Assembly: GCA_001643675.2 (NCBI GenBank)
Contig: LSRY02000062.1
Coordinates: 124,001 to 188,000, forward strand
Source of the DNA: Monocercomonoides exilis PA203
Taxonomy: Eukaryota; Protista; Preaxostyla
DNA: 64,000 bases
Direction: 5' to 3'
The translations under genes and the position numbers were made by a program. Every line of letters begins with the position of its first letter. The first letter of the stretch is position 1. Below the pieces are notes generated by a model. That model was given only the letters and a program-made list of their open reading frames with translations, was not told the DNA's origin and searched no databases. Shown here piece by piece: positions 34,301-48,400 of this stretch.

Positions 34301-34653
34301 AAGAAATATCATAATAAATAATTTTGTTACTACAAACGATGGCAAGACCAATAACAGTATCGCTATCAAGATTAAAATTATCCATATTCATATTTCCTTC
34401 CTCATCAAAAAGTATATCATTAAGCAGCATATTCAAATCAGGATATAATTGAATTTCTCCAATTTTCCCATTGCAAGTGTTTCGAATTGCATTGTGCAAT
34501 CCATTTGCCATTCCAGCAAACATATCTGGTTTGTTGAAGTCTACGAAAGCAATAAATCAAATATTAAATTTAACCATTAACAACAAATTGTAAACCAGAT
34601 GCTCCATAGCCAAATACTTGTTGTGCAAAAATAAACGAAATAAAAACGAACAT
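31322..34653 (-). CDS. Five-TM membrane protein with Cys-rich cytosolic loops (prominin/tweety-like topology), multi-exon
   Basis: Signal peptide (MFVFISFIFAQ). TM1-CCQCCCC...CWCCCW-TM2, long helical loop, TM3-CCFCCCQC-TM4, second long loop, TM5, then an acidic/His-Arg tail. Confidence 0.62.
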
Positions 34654-35065
34654 GTAAATTGTTTGATCAACCCATTAAAAAATAAAGTTGATGTATAATT
34701 TATATGTTTTCATAGTTTTTCATTTTTATTATTTTGAAAGATTATGAGGAAGCTTCACCTTTACAAAAATGAATTTAAGTTGAACATAGATATTTTTCTA
34801 AAGCAACTAAGATAACAAAAAAAAATATTTTTTTATTTACATTAATCATTGATGCAAGAATTCTTTGTGGAATTCAAATCTAAAAAAATCAGAATTTATA
34901 AATCAAAAATTATCGAAGCATTCGAGGCAAAATTTAAAGCACTTGGCTTTCAAAAAAATATTATTGATAAAAAAAGATTAAAAGATAATCGTTTTTAATA
35001 ATTTCAAAATATAGTTTAAAATGATTAAAAAGCAGAATCAAAAGATATCAATAGATTCAATAATT

Positions 35066-36399
35066 TCATTCTCTATTTGTGCAGAGGCAAAAATGTTCGA
35101 GAGAGTCATCAAAGGAAATGGGCATGAAGCCAAATGATGGAAATTGCAAATTGTTCAACAATGAAGAAGAAGAAGAAGATGGCGAAGAAGGAGAAACAAA
35201 TGTTGATGAAAAGGCGCTGATTTTGGTGTCAGCTGAAGCGATTCCTGGAACAGAAAGCTCAGAAAGCAAAATACCATCCGATGCATCTATTTCTCCATCT
35301 GCTGTTCCGAAGCCACTTTCAGGTGTGTTTACAAAACATGGGGAGAAAGAGGAGAGAAGAGGAGATGCGTTTGCCAGAGACTCACAATGCAGAAGCGGCG
35401 AAGTAAACTTCTGTGGTGCGACAGACAAAGCAAAGCTCTGCCAGTCTAATTCGGAGTGGCTGTCTGAAAGAAGAGGGGGCGGAGACAAATCAGTCTCAAA
35501 AGTGCTGAGCTGCTTCTCATCTTCAGCATGCTTGCGACTCGAGCCACGCAGTGCAGCTATGCTCTCGATGGCTGCATCATAATGAATGGACTCATCAGCA
35601 CTGTGGAGACTGCTCCTGATGCTGCTGTCTGTGTTATATCCAACGCTGCGTGTGTTGGATGAATAGCTTGGCGGAGAGACAGGGATAAACTGCGACATCG
35701 AAGAAACAAATGGAGAAGAATGCTCTGGAGATAGCAGCGAAAACGAAGACGAGGTTGGAGTGGGAGAAAGATAAGAGGTTGCATCTGACTGGCTGGGCAG
35801 AGGAGGAGAAGGAAAGCGAAGGGGTGCTTCTTGTTCTGTGTTGTCTGCTGCTTGTTGATTGTCTGCGTCTGAATGAATGCGTGGCAACGAAACAAACAAG
35901 GAAACCTGATCCAAACTGGAATCGAATATTTCCTCCTTTCGCTGCTTTGCTGAGGAGCTGCCAAACGAAGGAGAAGAAGCAGATTGCCCATCAACAAGAG
36001 ACAGCTTCGGCAGATTCATAGCGACTTCATTGTTTGTTGCAGTGTCTGTAAGACAAGAATTGATACTTTGTATTGATGATGGCTGATATGCATGTGTCAT
36101 GTAATCAGCTGATTCTGCTGCTGCAACTGCTGCCTCTTCCATCTCTCTCTCCTCTTTTCCATTTTCCCACTCAAACACATCGTCACATTCTTCTGGCAAG
36201 TTCCTTGTTCCATTGTTGTTTTGAGAGAGTAACTGATTCATATTATTCATATTGTTCATCTGATTTGGCTGAACAGTTTGTTGAAGAGATGGAGAAAGAC
36301 TCCGCGAACGAGCAGGAATGAAAGAGGGGATGTTTTGGATGGAATCTGATAGCGATGAAGCAATAGAAGTCAATGCAGAAGAAGAAGAGGAAGATGATA

Positions 36400-36431
<32 letters not shown>

Positions 36432-39400
36432 AACGCATTCCGAGAAGTTGATTCCAGCAGAAGCTGGGTGAATGACTGCGGCTGGAGCTGAGGGGAGTTC
36501 AAAGAAGGAGCATAAGCAGAGGCAGAGGTGTTGTTCTGCTGAGGAAGATAAGGCAGCGACTGGCTCATCCACATCGTGTTCTGCTGGAAAGGGCTGGATG
36601 GCATCATCAGATGCTGCTGCTGCTGCTGAAGCTGCCTCTGCGTGGCTGTAATCTGCTGTTGGAATTGCTGTTGAGATTGTTGCTGTTGTTGTTGGCTTTG
36701 GGCAGAATTAGAAGCAACTGAACCGTTTGAGAGGGAAGACAGGGACTGTGACTGCGTTTGCGAAGAAGGCCTACCATATGAGGATGTTTGGGATGATTGT
36801 GATGGATTACGCATTGGATGCAGCTGGTTGCTGGATGAAGAAGAGCGATGAGGAGACTTCGACGATTGGAAGGATGGAATGTTCTGGAGGGAAGCAGCAG
36901 AAGAAGACGAAGGAGAAACTGATCTTTCAGATGGAACTGTGGATGTTGAGAAGTTGGGACTGTCCATTTGCATGCGATTGCTTGAGAATGAAGAAGAAGA
37001 AGAGGAAGAAGAAGAAGATGATGATGACGATGATGGCTGCATATTCAACTGTTGCATTCCATTCATTTGAGAAGAGCGAATGAAGCCAGTCTGTGGAAGA
37101 GCAAGACTCGTCGGGTCAAATCCGAACTGGGCAAAGAATGCAGCGCTGAATGAAGAAGGATCAGCAGGGTTGCCCCAGCTGCTGTAGGGAGGGAAGAAAG
37201 GGAGAGGAGAAGAGGCCATTGGAAGGTGGAACGAGCCAGCTGGGAAGGAGTGTGGAGAGAAAGCATTTGGATCAGAGAAGCCGAGCTGAGTGTCTGCGTC
37301 AGATGCTCTCTTCATTCCAGTCTGCCACGAAGAGTCTGATGGATGCCAGGGGGATGACATGTTCATGTTACTCATGTCAAGCGAGGCATTGGAGACAGTG
37401 CTCAAAGAAGAGGAGGAAGATGAAGACGAAAAGGAGGAAGAGGAAGATTTCTGATAGGGTGATGTTGAGGATGGATGATATGTTGAAGATGAAGTTGATG
37501 CTGTTCTTGAAGAAGAATGTGGATACATTTTTGAAGAATCAGAAATCATTGTGGATGCATTTGCTGTGCCTGCAAGTTGTGGCGATTCGATTGACCCAAA
37601 AGAGGAGGAGGAAGAAGAAGAAGAAGAAGAAAGATTTGAAGCTGAAGAGAACTGCAAAGAAGGAGAAAGGACATTCGATGGAATATCGATTGGATAATCA
37701 GCATCGAATGGAATGTTTTGTGGAGCCATTTGAGAAGCAGCCTCCAAATCAGAAGAAGAACGCAGCGGATGAAAAGAAAAACGAGATTGGCGGTCAGACG
37801 AATGGGCAGAGGATGATGATGAAGTTGCTCGCTGTTCAGAAAGATTGGATTGTTTGGCAGAAGATTGGGTTGAATTCGCATTGGAAGCATGAGATGAAGA
37901 TTGGTTGGATGCATTTGGTGTATTTGTGTTAACATTGAGTGAAGAAGTTGATTGTTGTGCAGATGAAGCAGAAGCAGACAAGTTTTTATTTGAAGTCGAT
38001 TCGTTCTGAGCTGAAGATTTCTTTGTTGAAGTCTGTTGAGAAGAAGAATTAGCAGAAGGCATCGCATTTGTGTTGTCTTTATGCTGCTGCTGCTGTTGTT
38101 GTTGTGGAACAAATCTGAAGGAGGATGTTTGCCCAGCAGATGAGCCAAATGACTGCTGAGCATACGACGTGGCAGCTCCAAGTGTTGTTTGCAGGCGAAA
38201 AGTGTTTGTGTTTGTGGAGGCAAACAGAAAAGTAGATGACATCTGAGCCATTTGTGGCATTTGTTGCATTTGAGGCATTTGTGACTGAGACAGCTGCTGT
38301 TGGAGGAGAATGTCGGTGTCGATGTCCATGAAGGAAGCTAAGCTTGCAGCAGAAAGAGAAGGAGAGGCAGAGGAAGGGCCGTTGATAGACATGGCAAAGG
38401 AAGAAGGAAGAGGAGAGTTGACAACTGAAGCAGCAGATGGGTCGCTCATTGCTTGCAGAGGAGAAGAAGATGAATGGAGAGGAGAGGAGAATGGATACGA
38501 CGAAGGAGAAGGGAAGGCACCAGAGGCGCCTGGGTAGAAGCTGCCCTGCAGATGGGCCATGGGGAGTGTGGGCGTCAGAGCATTCATCATTGGAAAGGAG
38601 TTAAATCCGCCAAAGTTCCGAGGAGGTGTGGCAGTTGCAGAGGAAGACACAGAAGGAGGAAGGAAGATGTCGTCGTCTTTGAAGCCAGCAAGAATTCTGC
38701 TGCTGTCCTGTTTGGCAGACAGAGGAGAGGCAGCAGCATGCTGAAACGGATAGGCCATCTGATTGAGCTGCAGGGCCTGCTGTGCTTGTGTCAGTATCTG
38801 CTGCTGTTCAGCCTGCTGAGAGGGAAGAAAAGGTGCAGGAGACGAAGCAGAAGCAGAAGGAAAGCCGAATAACGAAGGGAAGTTCCGCTGCTGGGCGTAA
38901 TCTTCAGTGTATTCCTGGTTGTTTTGTGGGGATTGAGCGAATGTGGCTGGCACGACAGCACCGCCGACGATGATGTGGGGGATGCCATTGATGAGGAAGG
39001 GTTTTGTGGGCACACGAGAGACAGAGCCTTCTTCGATGGTGGGGTGGTTGAAGCAGTCGGTGAGGCTGGAGGAGGCATAGGAGGAAGAGGACATTGGACA
39101 GTTGGAGAATGAAGAGGAGGAAGGAGGAAGAGAGGAGGAAGAAGAAGAAGAAGAAGATAAAGAGGAGGAAGATGAGGATGAGGAAGAGGTAGAAGAGAAG
39201 CCGTTCTCATTTGAGTGCTGAGACATATTCAGGAATGAGGATGTTGATGGAGAGGAGGAAGAGTACAGAATAGAAGACACACCGTGTGGCGATGAATTCG
39301 AGCTTGGCTGTGTCGCTTTTGGCTGTTTGAGGTCGTTCTGCCCCAACATCACATGCGAAATAGTTCCTCTTTTCGACTTTTGGTTTTGTTCTTTTTTGTC

Positions 39401-42400
39401 TTTTTCTTTCTCTCTGTCTTTCTCTCTGTCTCTGTCTTTGTTTGTGTCTTTCTCTTTCTCTTTCTCTTTCATCTCCTTCTTCTTCCTTTCCTCCTCTTTT
39501 TGCTTCTTCTCTTTGTTCTTCTCTTCTTCTCTCTCTCTCTTCTTCCTCTCTTCTTCTCTTCTCCTTTCTCTCTCTTTCTCTGCCTCTTCCTCCCTCTTCC
39601 TCTTCTCTTCTCTCTTTCTCTCTTTCTCTTCCAATATCTTTCTTTGTCTTTCTTGTTCTTCTCTTTGTATTCTCTCTTGTCTCTGTCGCTCCAACTCTTC
39701 CTCCTCTTTCTTCTTCCTCTCCCTCTCTTCCTTCTCCCTCTGCCTCTTCTCCTCTCTTTCTCTCATCACCCTCTCTCTCTCTTCTTTCTCTCTCTTCTCT
39801 CTCTCCTTTTGTGCTGCCTCTTCCTTCAGTGCTTTCTCCCTCTCTCTTTCTTGTCTTTCTCTTTCTCTCTCTTTCTCCTTCAGCTTCATCGACTTCTCCT
39901 TCATCCTCCTCTCTTTCTCCTTCTGCCTTTCTCTGTCTCTTCGTTCTTTGTCCCTCCTCTCCTTTTCCATCTTCAGTTGTCTCTCTCTTTCTCTCTTCTC
40001 TTTCTCCTCTCTCTCCAACCTTGCCTTCAAAAGACGTGTCTCTTCTCTCTTTTTCTTGTCTTCTTCCTCTTTCCTTTTCCTCTCCTCTTCCATAAGCCTC
40101 TCCTCTTCCCTTCTTTTCTCTTCCAATCTTTTCTCTTCTTCCATTCTACGCTCCTCTTCTTTCCTTCTCTCTTCTTCTTTCCTCTTTTCTTCCTCTTTTC
40201 TCTTCTCCTCTTCTATTCTTAGCTCTTCTTCTGTTTTTTTCTTCATCTCCTTCTTCCTTTCTTCTTCTGCTCTCCTGATCTCCTCCATCTCCTTCTCTGT
40301 GAATATCCTCTTTGCCCCGTCTTCCTGCCTCAGCATTTTCAGCAGCTGGGTCGTCTTCTCAAGAACAGTCCTTCCTTCGCTGGTGATTCTCTTTGCAACA
40401 TCTTCATTCAGACGCTTCTCCAAGTTCTGTGACACTCTTCGGATGAACTCTGCTGTGTTTTTGGGATCGATCTCGGCAGAAGATGACAAAAGCGGATTGG
40501 ATGATAAGGAAGAAGAGACTGATGCTGAAGCAGAGGAGGAGGCTGAGGCTGAAGAGAATGCAGAGGCAGATGAAGGTGAAGGAGAAGGCAGCAATGAATG
40601 ATCGACTGACACAACACGTGCATTTGCTGAAGTTGAAGGCTGTTGTGCATATTGGTTATTTGAATGCAAAGATGCCTGAAATGCAGACGTTGTTGCTGAA
40701 ATCAGATCAGCAGATGCTTTCGAAAAGGCCGATCGGTCTGAGAATCTCGGGACATACGGTTTAAATGGTCTGAACGGGATCTCAGTGAAGATGCTTCCAT
40801 CAAAACGCCTGGCATCAAGTTTGCCAGTCAGATGGCCCATCAGAATCATCTTCATCATCTGCATTTCCTCCTCGCTCTCTTCTTCTCCTTCCTCCCATGC
40901 AACAGCTTCGAAGTTGTTCACTACGACTGGCACTTCATCGTCAGCCAGGGCAATCAAAGTGAATGGTGATGTGCCTGCCAGCACAGGGGGTGGATAAGAG
41001 GAGATGAACTCTGCTTCCAGCGAGTCTATCACGATGGGTCCTTCAGAGTGGCCAAAGAGCTGCAAGTTCACCAGCGCCCTGTTCAGCACATCAGCTGGGA
41101 TGCTTTGGAGGATGTCGAGTGCTCTGCTGCTCACTCTCCTGCTGGATTCATCTGCCATTCCCAGTCTGCTTGAGAGTGCGGCTGACTGCCTCTGAGCTGT
41201 CTGGTTGGTTGTTGCCATCTTGTCTTTGAGGGCGTTTGAGAGAAGAGCTCTAATTCGCTCGTTGTTCTGTGCAGACGGATGCTGCTGCTGTTCTCTGAGT
41301 GCTAAAATCAGCTGCCTTTTGAACAGAACACTGTTTGAGCTCTGCGTTGCTGCAGCGAGAAAGCGCTGTGCCATCTCTTCGAATCCACCGTTCCACAGCA
41401 TTAGTGGAACATTTGTCTTGTAGAACGAGTCATTTGGCTGCTTAGCAGAGAGAAGAGATGAGGAAAGTGATTGGAGCTGTGATTTCTGCTGTTGAGAAGG
41501 GACAAGTGCAGAAAGAGGAGGGAAGGGAGATAAAGATGCTGTGTTTGAAGAAGAAGAAGTTGATGATGATGATGATGAAGCAGAAGCAGAAGAGATCAAT
41601 TTCAAAGAGTCTTTTTCTGTTTCTGAAGGAGTCAGTTTCATGTTCTGATTTGCTGTTTGCTTTGCAGCAATTTCTGTGCTATTCTTTTTCTCATTCATGT
41701 TCTCTTCATCTTTTGAAACTGTATTTGCATTTGCATTTCCTGCATTCACTTTGGTGCCATCTTTTATATCTCTATTTTGACCATTGTTTTCTGTGCTTGA
41801 ATTATTTTGAAATGCTGCTTGTTTTGATTGGAAGTCTTCGCTCAGAAGTTTCGCTAATTTTTTGATTGTTTCTTCTTTCAACCTCTCCAAAGGCGACTTT
41901 GCATTTTCGGTCTTTTCTTTCTCTTCCTCTTTCTTTTCAACTGATTTGTTTCCATTTTCTTCGTTTTTATTCTCCTTTTGTGTTGTTTTGTTGTTTCCTT
42001 CGTCTTTCTCGTTGAGAAAGCTCAGATCCATTTCGTTGTCTATGTTTGCCAGTGCGCCTGCCCCGAACTCTCCTTCGATCACTTCTCTCATCACATCTGA
42101 GATGTCTGACTCATCCAGCTTGTCTGTCACCCACTCTGATGTGCTGTCATCTTCATCCTCCTCTTCTTCCTCTTCGGTGGTCTCTTCATCGTACTCGTCG
42201 TAGTCTTCTTCTTCTGTCTCGTTGTCGTCGCTTTCTGCATTGTACAAGTTCTGTCTGCTTCTTCCTTTTTTGCCTGATTGATATTCCCTGTCTGTTGCCG
42301 AACTAATATCATTCACTTCTGAACTGCCATTTTCATTCGCATCGTCGTCAGTTGCATTTCTGTCTGCTTGCACTTCCTTTGCGTGTCTTTGATTCTCTCT

Positions 42401-45400
42401 GAGAGCATTCACTCTGCTTTGCTCTGTCTTCACTTTGCCATTCGTCTGCTTCCTTGGCTTTGCATTTGCATTTGCTTTGTTCTTTGCAGAGCGCACAACT
42501 CTGTTTATCTTCAGTGTGCCAAGTCTCCTTCTTTTCCTGTTGAGAATCACAGCTGAACGATACTCTCCATTCACCATTGCGTCTGCACGTCTCCCCATCT
42601 GCTTCTTCCTCAGCTGGTTCTTCAACAACTCCATCTGATAGAACTGGAACTCTGCCTGTCTAAACAGCACTTCGTCCTGATATGCTGTGTGGAGATAGGG
42701 CTGAGGCAGATGCAATGCACATGAGCCAGTTGGGGGAGTGTAAGGCAGATAAGAGACAGAAGGCGGGCGATCAGGAATGAATATCTGGCGGAAGTGTGTC
42801 AGTGAGCGTGTGATGGCTGCCAGGGTGATTGACGGCGTGGATGGAACAAATACGTTGAATGTCTCTTTCATCTGGGCACGCCGTGCAGAAGTGCTGAGCT
42901 GTGCAAAGGCTGTTGGTGTAATGTTTGAATAATTGTACGGGCGCAGTCTGGCAGCTGCTGCTGCCACTTGCACCATTTTCTCTGTGTAGTTTTTGCTTCC
43001 CTGGCGCAAAAGATTGTCCAAATAGAATCCGCAGCTGTTCAATTCAGATAGCGTTGTTTGGACATCGTTTGATTTGTCGTATTCCTTCAGCTTTCTCTTC
43101 AAGGCAACAGATTGTGCTGTCTCCATTCGCTTCTGTCTGACATCCAACTTCTCACTTAGCAGTTTGTGAGGCCTGGTATTGTTGAATCCTCTTCTCCTTT
43201 CATCTGAATGAAGCAGCTCGTTCAATTGAGACTTTTCTCTATTGATGTTATTCTGATTCTTTCTTTCTGACACATAGATTGGAGTGTGGCTGTTCTGGTT
43301 GAGCATTCTGAATATTTCATCGTCGTCCATAAACAGTCCTGGATTGACATCTGCTGCTGTCACATTATTTGCAGAAACAATGCCCATTTTGCCATATTCC
43401 ATCCATGATGATGGAAGAAGCTCTTCTGTGTCTTTGTTGTCAAAATAAACCCGCTCTTTAACATCTCTGGCATCCTCCAAAGACGTCTCGTTTTCAAAGC
43501 ATCTTCCTCCTTTCCCATCGCATCCACACCCACATCCACATCCTCTGCGCCCTTTCTTCTTTTTCTTTTTCTCCGACTTCTCCGACTTCTTCGATTCATC
43601 AGCCAAATCTCCACCATTCAGTCTTCTCCACCACGTCTTCCCTTCTTCCTCCATCTTCTGCACAAGCTCCATCCTCTGCTTCTCCAACGCATCTTCTCCA
43701 TCACTTTCAGTCGATTCGCTTTCCTCTGGCTCAACTCTTGTCCACTGGCGAGTCAGATACCGCAGCTCCTTCTTCCTCTCATTCAACCTCTTTTCCTGAT
43801 CTTCGATGCTTCTCATGTTTGTGGTGCTGAAATAGTTGTCGCCATACCCTCGATACAAGTGGATTCTTGCTGCTCTTTCGATTCTGTCTATTTCATCGTC
43901 AAAGTTAATCACACTTCCCCAATTGATGATGTACTCAGGTGTCAGCTGAAAGCGAGAGGGCATCACTTCAAAGAAAGCTGAGTTCTGTCTGAAGTGTGGG
44001 ATGCTTGGATTGACCATCGCAAACATCGGAATCGCCTTCTCAATGCGGATGCGGTGCCTCGTGAATGGGAAGGCAGTGAATGGCAGGTTGTATTGTTTAG
44101 CCTTTTCCAGTGTGTCCTTAGCGACTTCGTATGGAAGTGTGATTGGTGCTTGATAATTGAGCTGAGGAAAGAACATGTCGTTGAGCTGTGCTTGATAGGG
44201 ATTGGGATGCTGGCGATCCATCGGCTGGGCAAATGTGGCATTTGCTTCAGATGGAAGTGTTTGTGTTGATGCTGATGCCGATGCTGACTGTTGTGGCTGT
44301 GGAGGTGGAGGCGGTAGTTGAGGAGGAGTATTTAATTGTTTGGCATTTGATGTAGCTTGTTGCTTTGACTGTGCCTTAGGTGTTGCTTGAGACTTGTTTC
44401 CATCTTTTCCTTTTTTATTTTGCTGCTGTTGCTTCTTCTGTTGTTGTTGCTGCTGTTTTTGTTGTTGCTTCGACTGTGTTGCATAAACATTCTGTGGCTG
44501 CTCTGTTTTAACTTGTCCAGTGATTGTCTGTGTCTTCTGTGTTTTCAATTGATTCTGTAGTGTTGAAGCTGCAGTGGATGTGGTTTGCACGTTTGCAGAG
44601 GATGCATTTTTGTTGTTATTCGCTTGTGCCTGTTCAACAGTCACTCGAGTTAGATTGCGCTGCTCGTTCAGTTTTCTGGCTGCCGCTTGCTTTTCCATCT
44701 CGATCAGCTGCAGAAGGAAAGTCAAAAGTGGTTCCAGCGAAAACGGAGTGGTGATGACGATTGACAGAGGCAGAGGAATAGAACAGTGCAGAAAGCTCAT
44801 CGTCCTCTCTACTGTTGGCAGCAGGATGGGAATGTCGAGGTCTGTGACTGCCTGTTTTACAGTGACTTCGTAGCTCCTCAGACTTTGATACAATTGTGGG
44901 TGGATCGCATCTTGATTGTTGGTGCTTGTGCCAATAGGTCGGTCATACGCTGATTGATTAGCTGTCATTGATTCAGTGTTTATTGTTCTTCCATCTTGTC
45001 TCTGTCTCATTCCCTGCATTGCCAGCAGCTTTTCTTTGGAGTTGTTTTTCGCTTTGAACGAGCGACCAAGGCGATAATCCTCCAGTCTCAGTTGAGTGAT
45101 TGATTTTCCCTCATAAATTGGATGTGCACTGATTGAGTGCACCTCTTCGATTGTTCTTGGACTTGTCCGTTGGTTCTCTTTGATGACAGGGAAGTTGGCG
45201 ACAGGCGAGGTGCCGATGTCTCTCTGTGTGTCTTCGTCTGTCTGCTGCATCATCTGCTCTGCTGTCTGCTGCAGCTGCACATTCAAAGCAGAGGACGTGT
45301 CCATTGAGGCTGTTCGTATTGGGCGGCTGACGACTTTTGTGGCAAAACGAGGTGTCGCTCTGATTGCCTTTCCGTTCCATGTGAGCCAAACGGGAGTGGA

Positions 45401-48400
45401 TGAATAGTCGATGGGCAGAAGAGGAATATGTGAGTTGGAGAGTTCAATGCCTGATGGGTTTAATTGAAAACCAAACAATGATGGATCAAATGAAACAGCA
45501 TTGTTTGGATGAAAAGCAGATGGAGATGGAGAAGGTGATAAAGATGAAGAATGAGAGCAAGCCGATGAATGATCAGAAGATAAAACAGAAGATGAAGAAG
45601 AAGCTGATGAAGAAGCGGAAGAAGAAGCGGAAGAAGAAGCGGAAAAAGAAGCTGAAGGAGATGGCGATGGTGAACGCTCTTTTTCATTCTTCGAAGTATC
45701 TTCAGTCGACTCTTTAATGATATTATTGCGATGTTTCAAGCAATTCGGGAAGCATCCACAAGAAGAAGGGCAAGAGCAACCCAAATGTGGATCCAGATCC
45801 GAATCAACTGAATTTGCAGCTGTTGAGCCATTCGAATGAGACGAAGCTGATTTTGCCAGTGTGTCCATCACCGTTGGCTGGATGGCTCCGAAGGGGAATT
45901 CATTGATAGTCTTGTTTGTGTTCATTCGTGTGTGGAGAGAGCTGACAGGATGTGCAGTGGCTGCGATGATAGACTCTGTCCCGTAGAAACTCTGCTGAGG
46001 CGCAGAGATGATGAATGTGTGTGTCAGAGGAGAGAAATGGAAGAGGTTCATCGAATAAGGCGACATCATCTCCAGCGGCAGATGAAACTCGGACGAGGAT
46101 AAAAGATAGGAGGATGGGTAGATCCTGTTCTGCTGGTTGGTTGCATTGTCTGCATTTCCATTGTTTCCACAGCATCTTCTTGTGTTCGACATAATTCCAC
46201 TCTGAAACGGGGCAAATGACGACTCCAAAAACGACCAGTCATTGTGGATGGCGAGTGTTGAGAGGAAAGTGGTGTGTCTGTTGCCAAATGAGTTAAGGTC
46301 GTTTGTCCAAGTGAGTGTGGAAGAGCATTTTGAAGGGCGGACGGGCAGACAAGGGAAGGACATGAGCTGCTTATGGCGTGTGTGCAATGGACGGAAGGCA
46401 GGTGTGATGGTCTGAAGAAGAATGTGGTTCTGGTCAATGACATTTTCTGTTTGTGATAATAATGCTGATGAAGAGGATGTTTCGTTGTTTAAAATAGAAT
46501 TGTTGGATGAAGATGAAGATGAGGAAGGAGATGAAGCAGAAAATGTTGTAACGGGAGGAGGAGTTGATGACTGTGCTTTTTCTGATGATAATCCACCTGT
46601 TTGTATTCCTGTGGCTGAAGGAACTGAAACATTTGGTACATTTGCTGTATTTGATGCATTTTGTGTATTATTCAAATTCAACGTACTTTCTTCTGTTGAA
46701 ATGTTTGCTTCAGTCTTTTGTGCAGTTTCTGTTTGCAATTCCTTTTCCTCCATTGATTCCTTTTCATCCTCGTCTTTCTCCTCATCTTCATCCCCTGTCT
46801 GTGTCTCACCTTTTTTCTGCTGCTCCACCAGATTCATCACTTCGCACTCATCCACTCCATCAAACATGTCTCTTGTGATGAGTGCAGGCCCCGTGAAGAA
46901 CTGTGAGAACACTCTTGCACTTGTACCTGAGGAATCTTCTGGATTCTTGTCAAACAGCTTGTTCCACAGCAATGTCTCAATCACGGGTGAATCCTCGTTG
47001 AAGACAAGGCTGTTGACCCACTTGTCTCTCTTCGCATCGTTGCTCTCCCACTCGTCCTCCAACTTCAGCCGAACACCAACCGACTTGTTTCCAGCACCTA
47101 GCATCTTCCTGCCAGCTGTCCTGCTCTCCCCACTCTTCCACAGTGGGGCTGCTGTGCTCTTTCTCCACCGCTCGAAGTTCCGCACTTTCCTTCGGAACAG
47201 CTTCGTCGACCAGATGTTGCTCAGCTTCTCCTGCTCTCTGCTGTCAGCAGCTGTGTGGATGTTCCCTTCTTCATCTAGAATTCTGTGCAGAATGTTCTCG
47301 TGCCGCTGCAGCTGCTTCATCAGTGTCTCGGGTGATGATGCTGGGTGGATGAAGAAGTTGGGGTGTTCGTGCAGGCGAGGCACAGCCAGACGGGTTGTGG
47401 GATATTTGAAGATGGAAGATGTGTTGCCTCCTTCACTGAATAAGGATGTTGTTGTTGATGTTGATGAATATGGTAATGATGGTGGTGGTAATGATGTTGA
47501 AGAAGAAGTTATTATTGGTGGAGATATAGAAGATATTATAGAAGATTGAGGAATAGATTTTGAAGAAGTGGTTGCATTCTGTTGAGGAATTAAAATATTA
47601 TTAACTTGATTTTCTTCCTCTTTTTCTTTCACTGCATTTTGTTGTTGCTGCTGCTGTTTCAGTTTCTGCTGTTTTGCGGCTAATTGTTTGTCTGCTGAAG
47701 GCGGAGGAAACGAAGGCAGTCTTTCGATGACAATTGGACAATGCGATGGAAGTCCTGTGAATGTTGACTGAATGTACGGGGAAGATGACATTATACCCTT
47801 TTTGGGTGTTGGGCTGTGAAGGTTGCTTCGATCAGCAGAAGAAAGTGGAGGCACACGAGAAGGCAGAGAAGGAAGAGAAGACAATGGCTGAGAAGAAGAA
47901 GCTGAAGGCGACCGTTTGGAAGCAGGTGAACGAGAAGAGCGCTGTTCAGCTATGGTTTGCTGTTGGCTTCCTCCTTGTCTCTTGTCTCTGGAGCCTTCCT
48001 TCATCATCCTCTCCAGCGCTTCTGCTTCATTGTCTGAGATCTCTTCCACTGTGGCTGTGGGGTGCTTGTGTGATTTATTAGCTGCAAATGACACTTGTGA
48101 CAGGGGAGGAAGCGAAAACACCATCTGTGACTTGTTCTTCAACTCAGCTGCTGTTGCATTGCCTGCTCCATTTGTGCTCACATGTGCATTTGACTGTGGT
48201 TGAGCAGAAGAAGAAGATGATGATGATGAAGATGCATTCGATTTTTGCTTCACTGAGTTGTCTTGTTTTGCCTTCGCCCTTGTCTTTGGCTGTGTCTCTT
48301 TCTTTCCCTGATTTCCATTGCCTCCTCCGTCCTTCCCCTTTTTGCCCTCCTTCTGTGTCATGCTCCTCTCTCTCTTCGCAGCCTCTGCTTTCAATCTCGC

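Noticed and set aside
39327-40601. Long plus-strand Ser/Leu/Phe-rich ORFs
   Set aside because: Antisense shadows of the E/R/K-rich coding repeat; pyrimidine tracts cannot form stop codons.
46422-47549. 375-aa plus-strand ORF
   Set aside because: Antisense to the giant ORF; its composition mirrors the sense codons.
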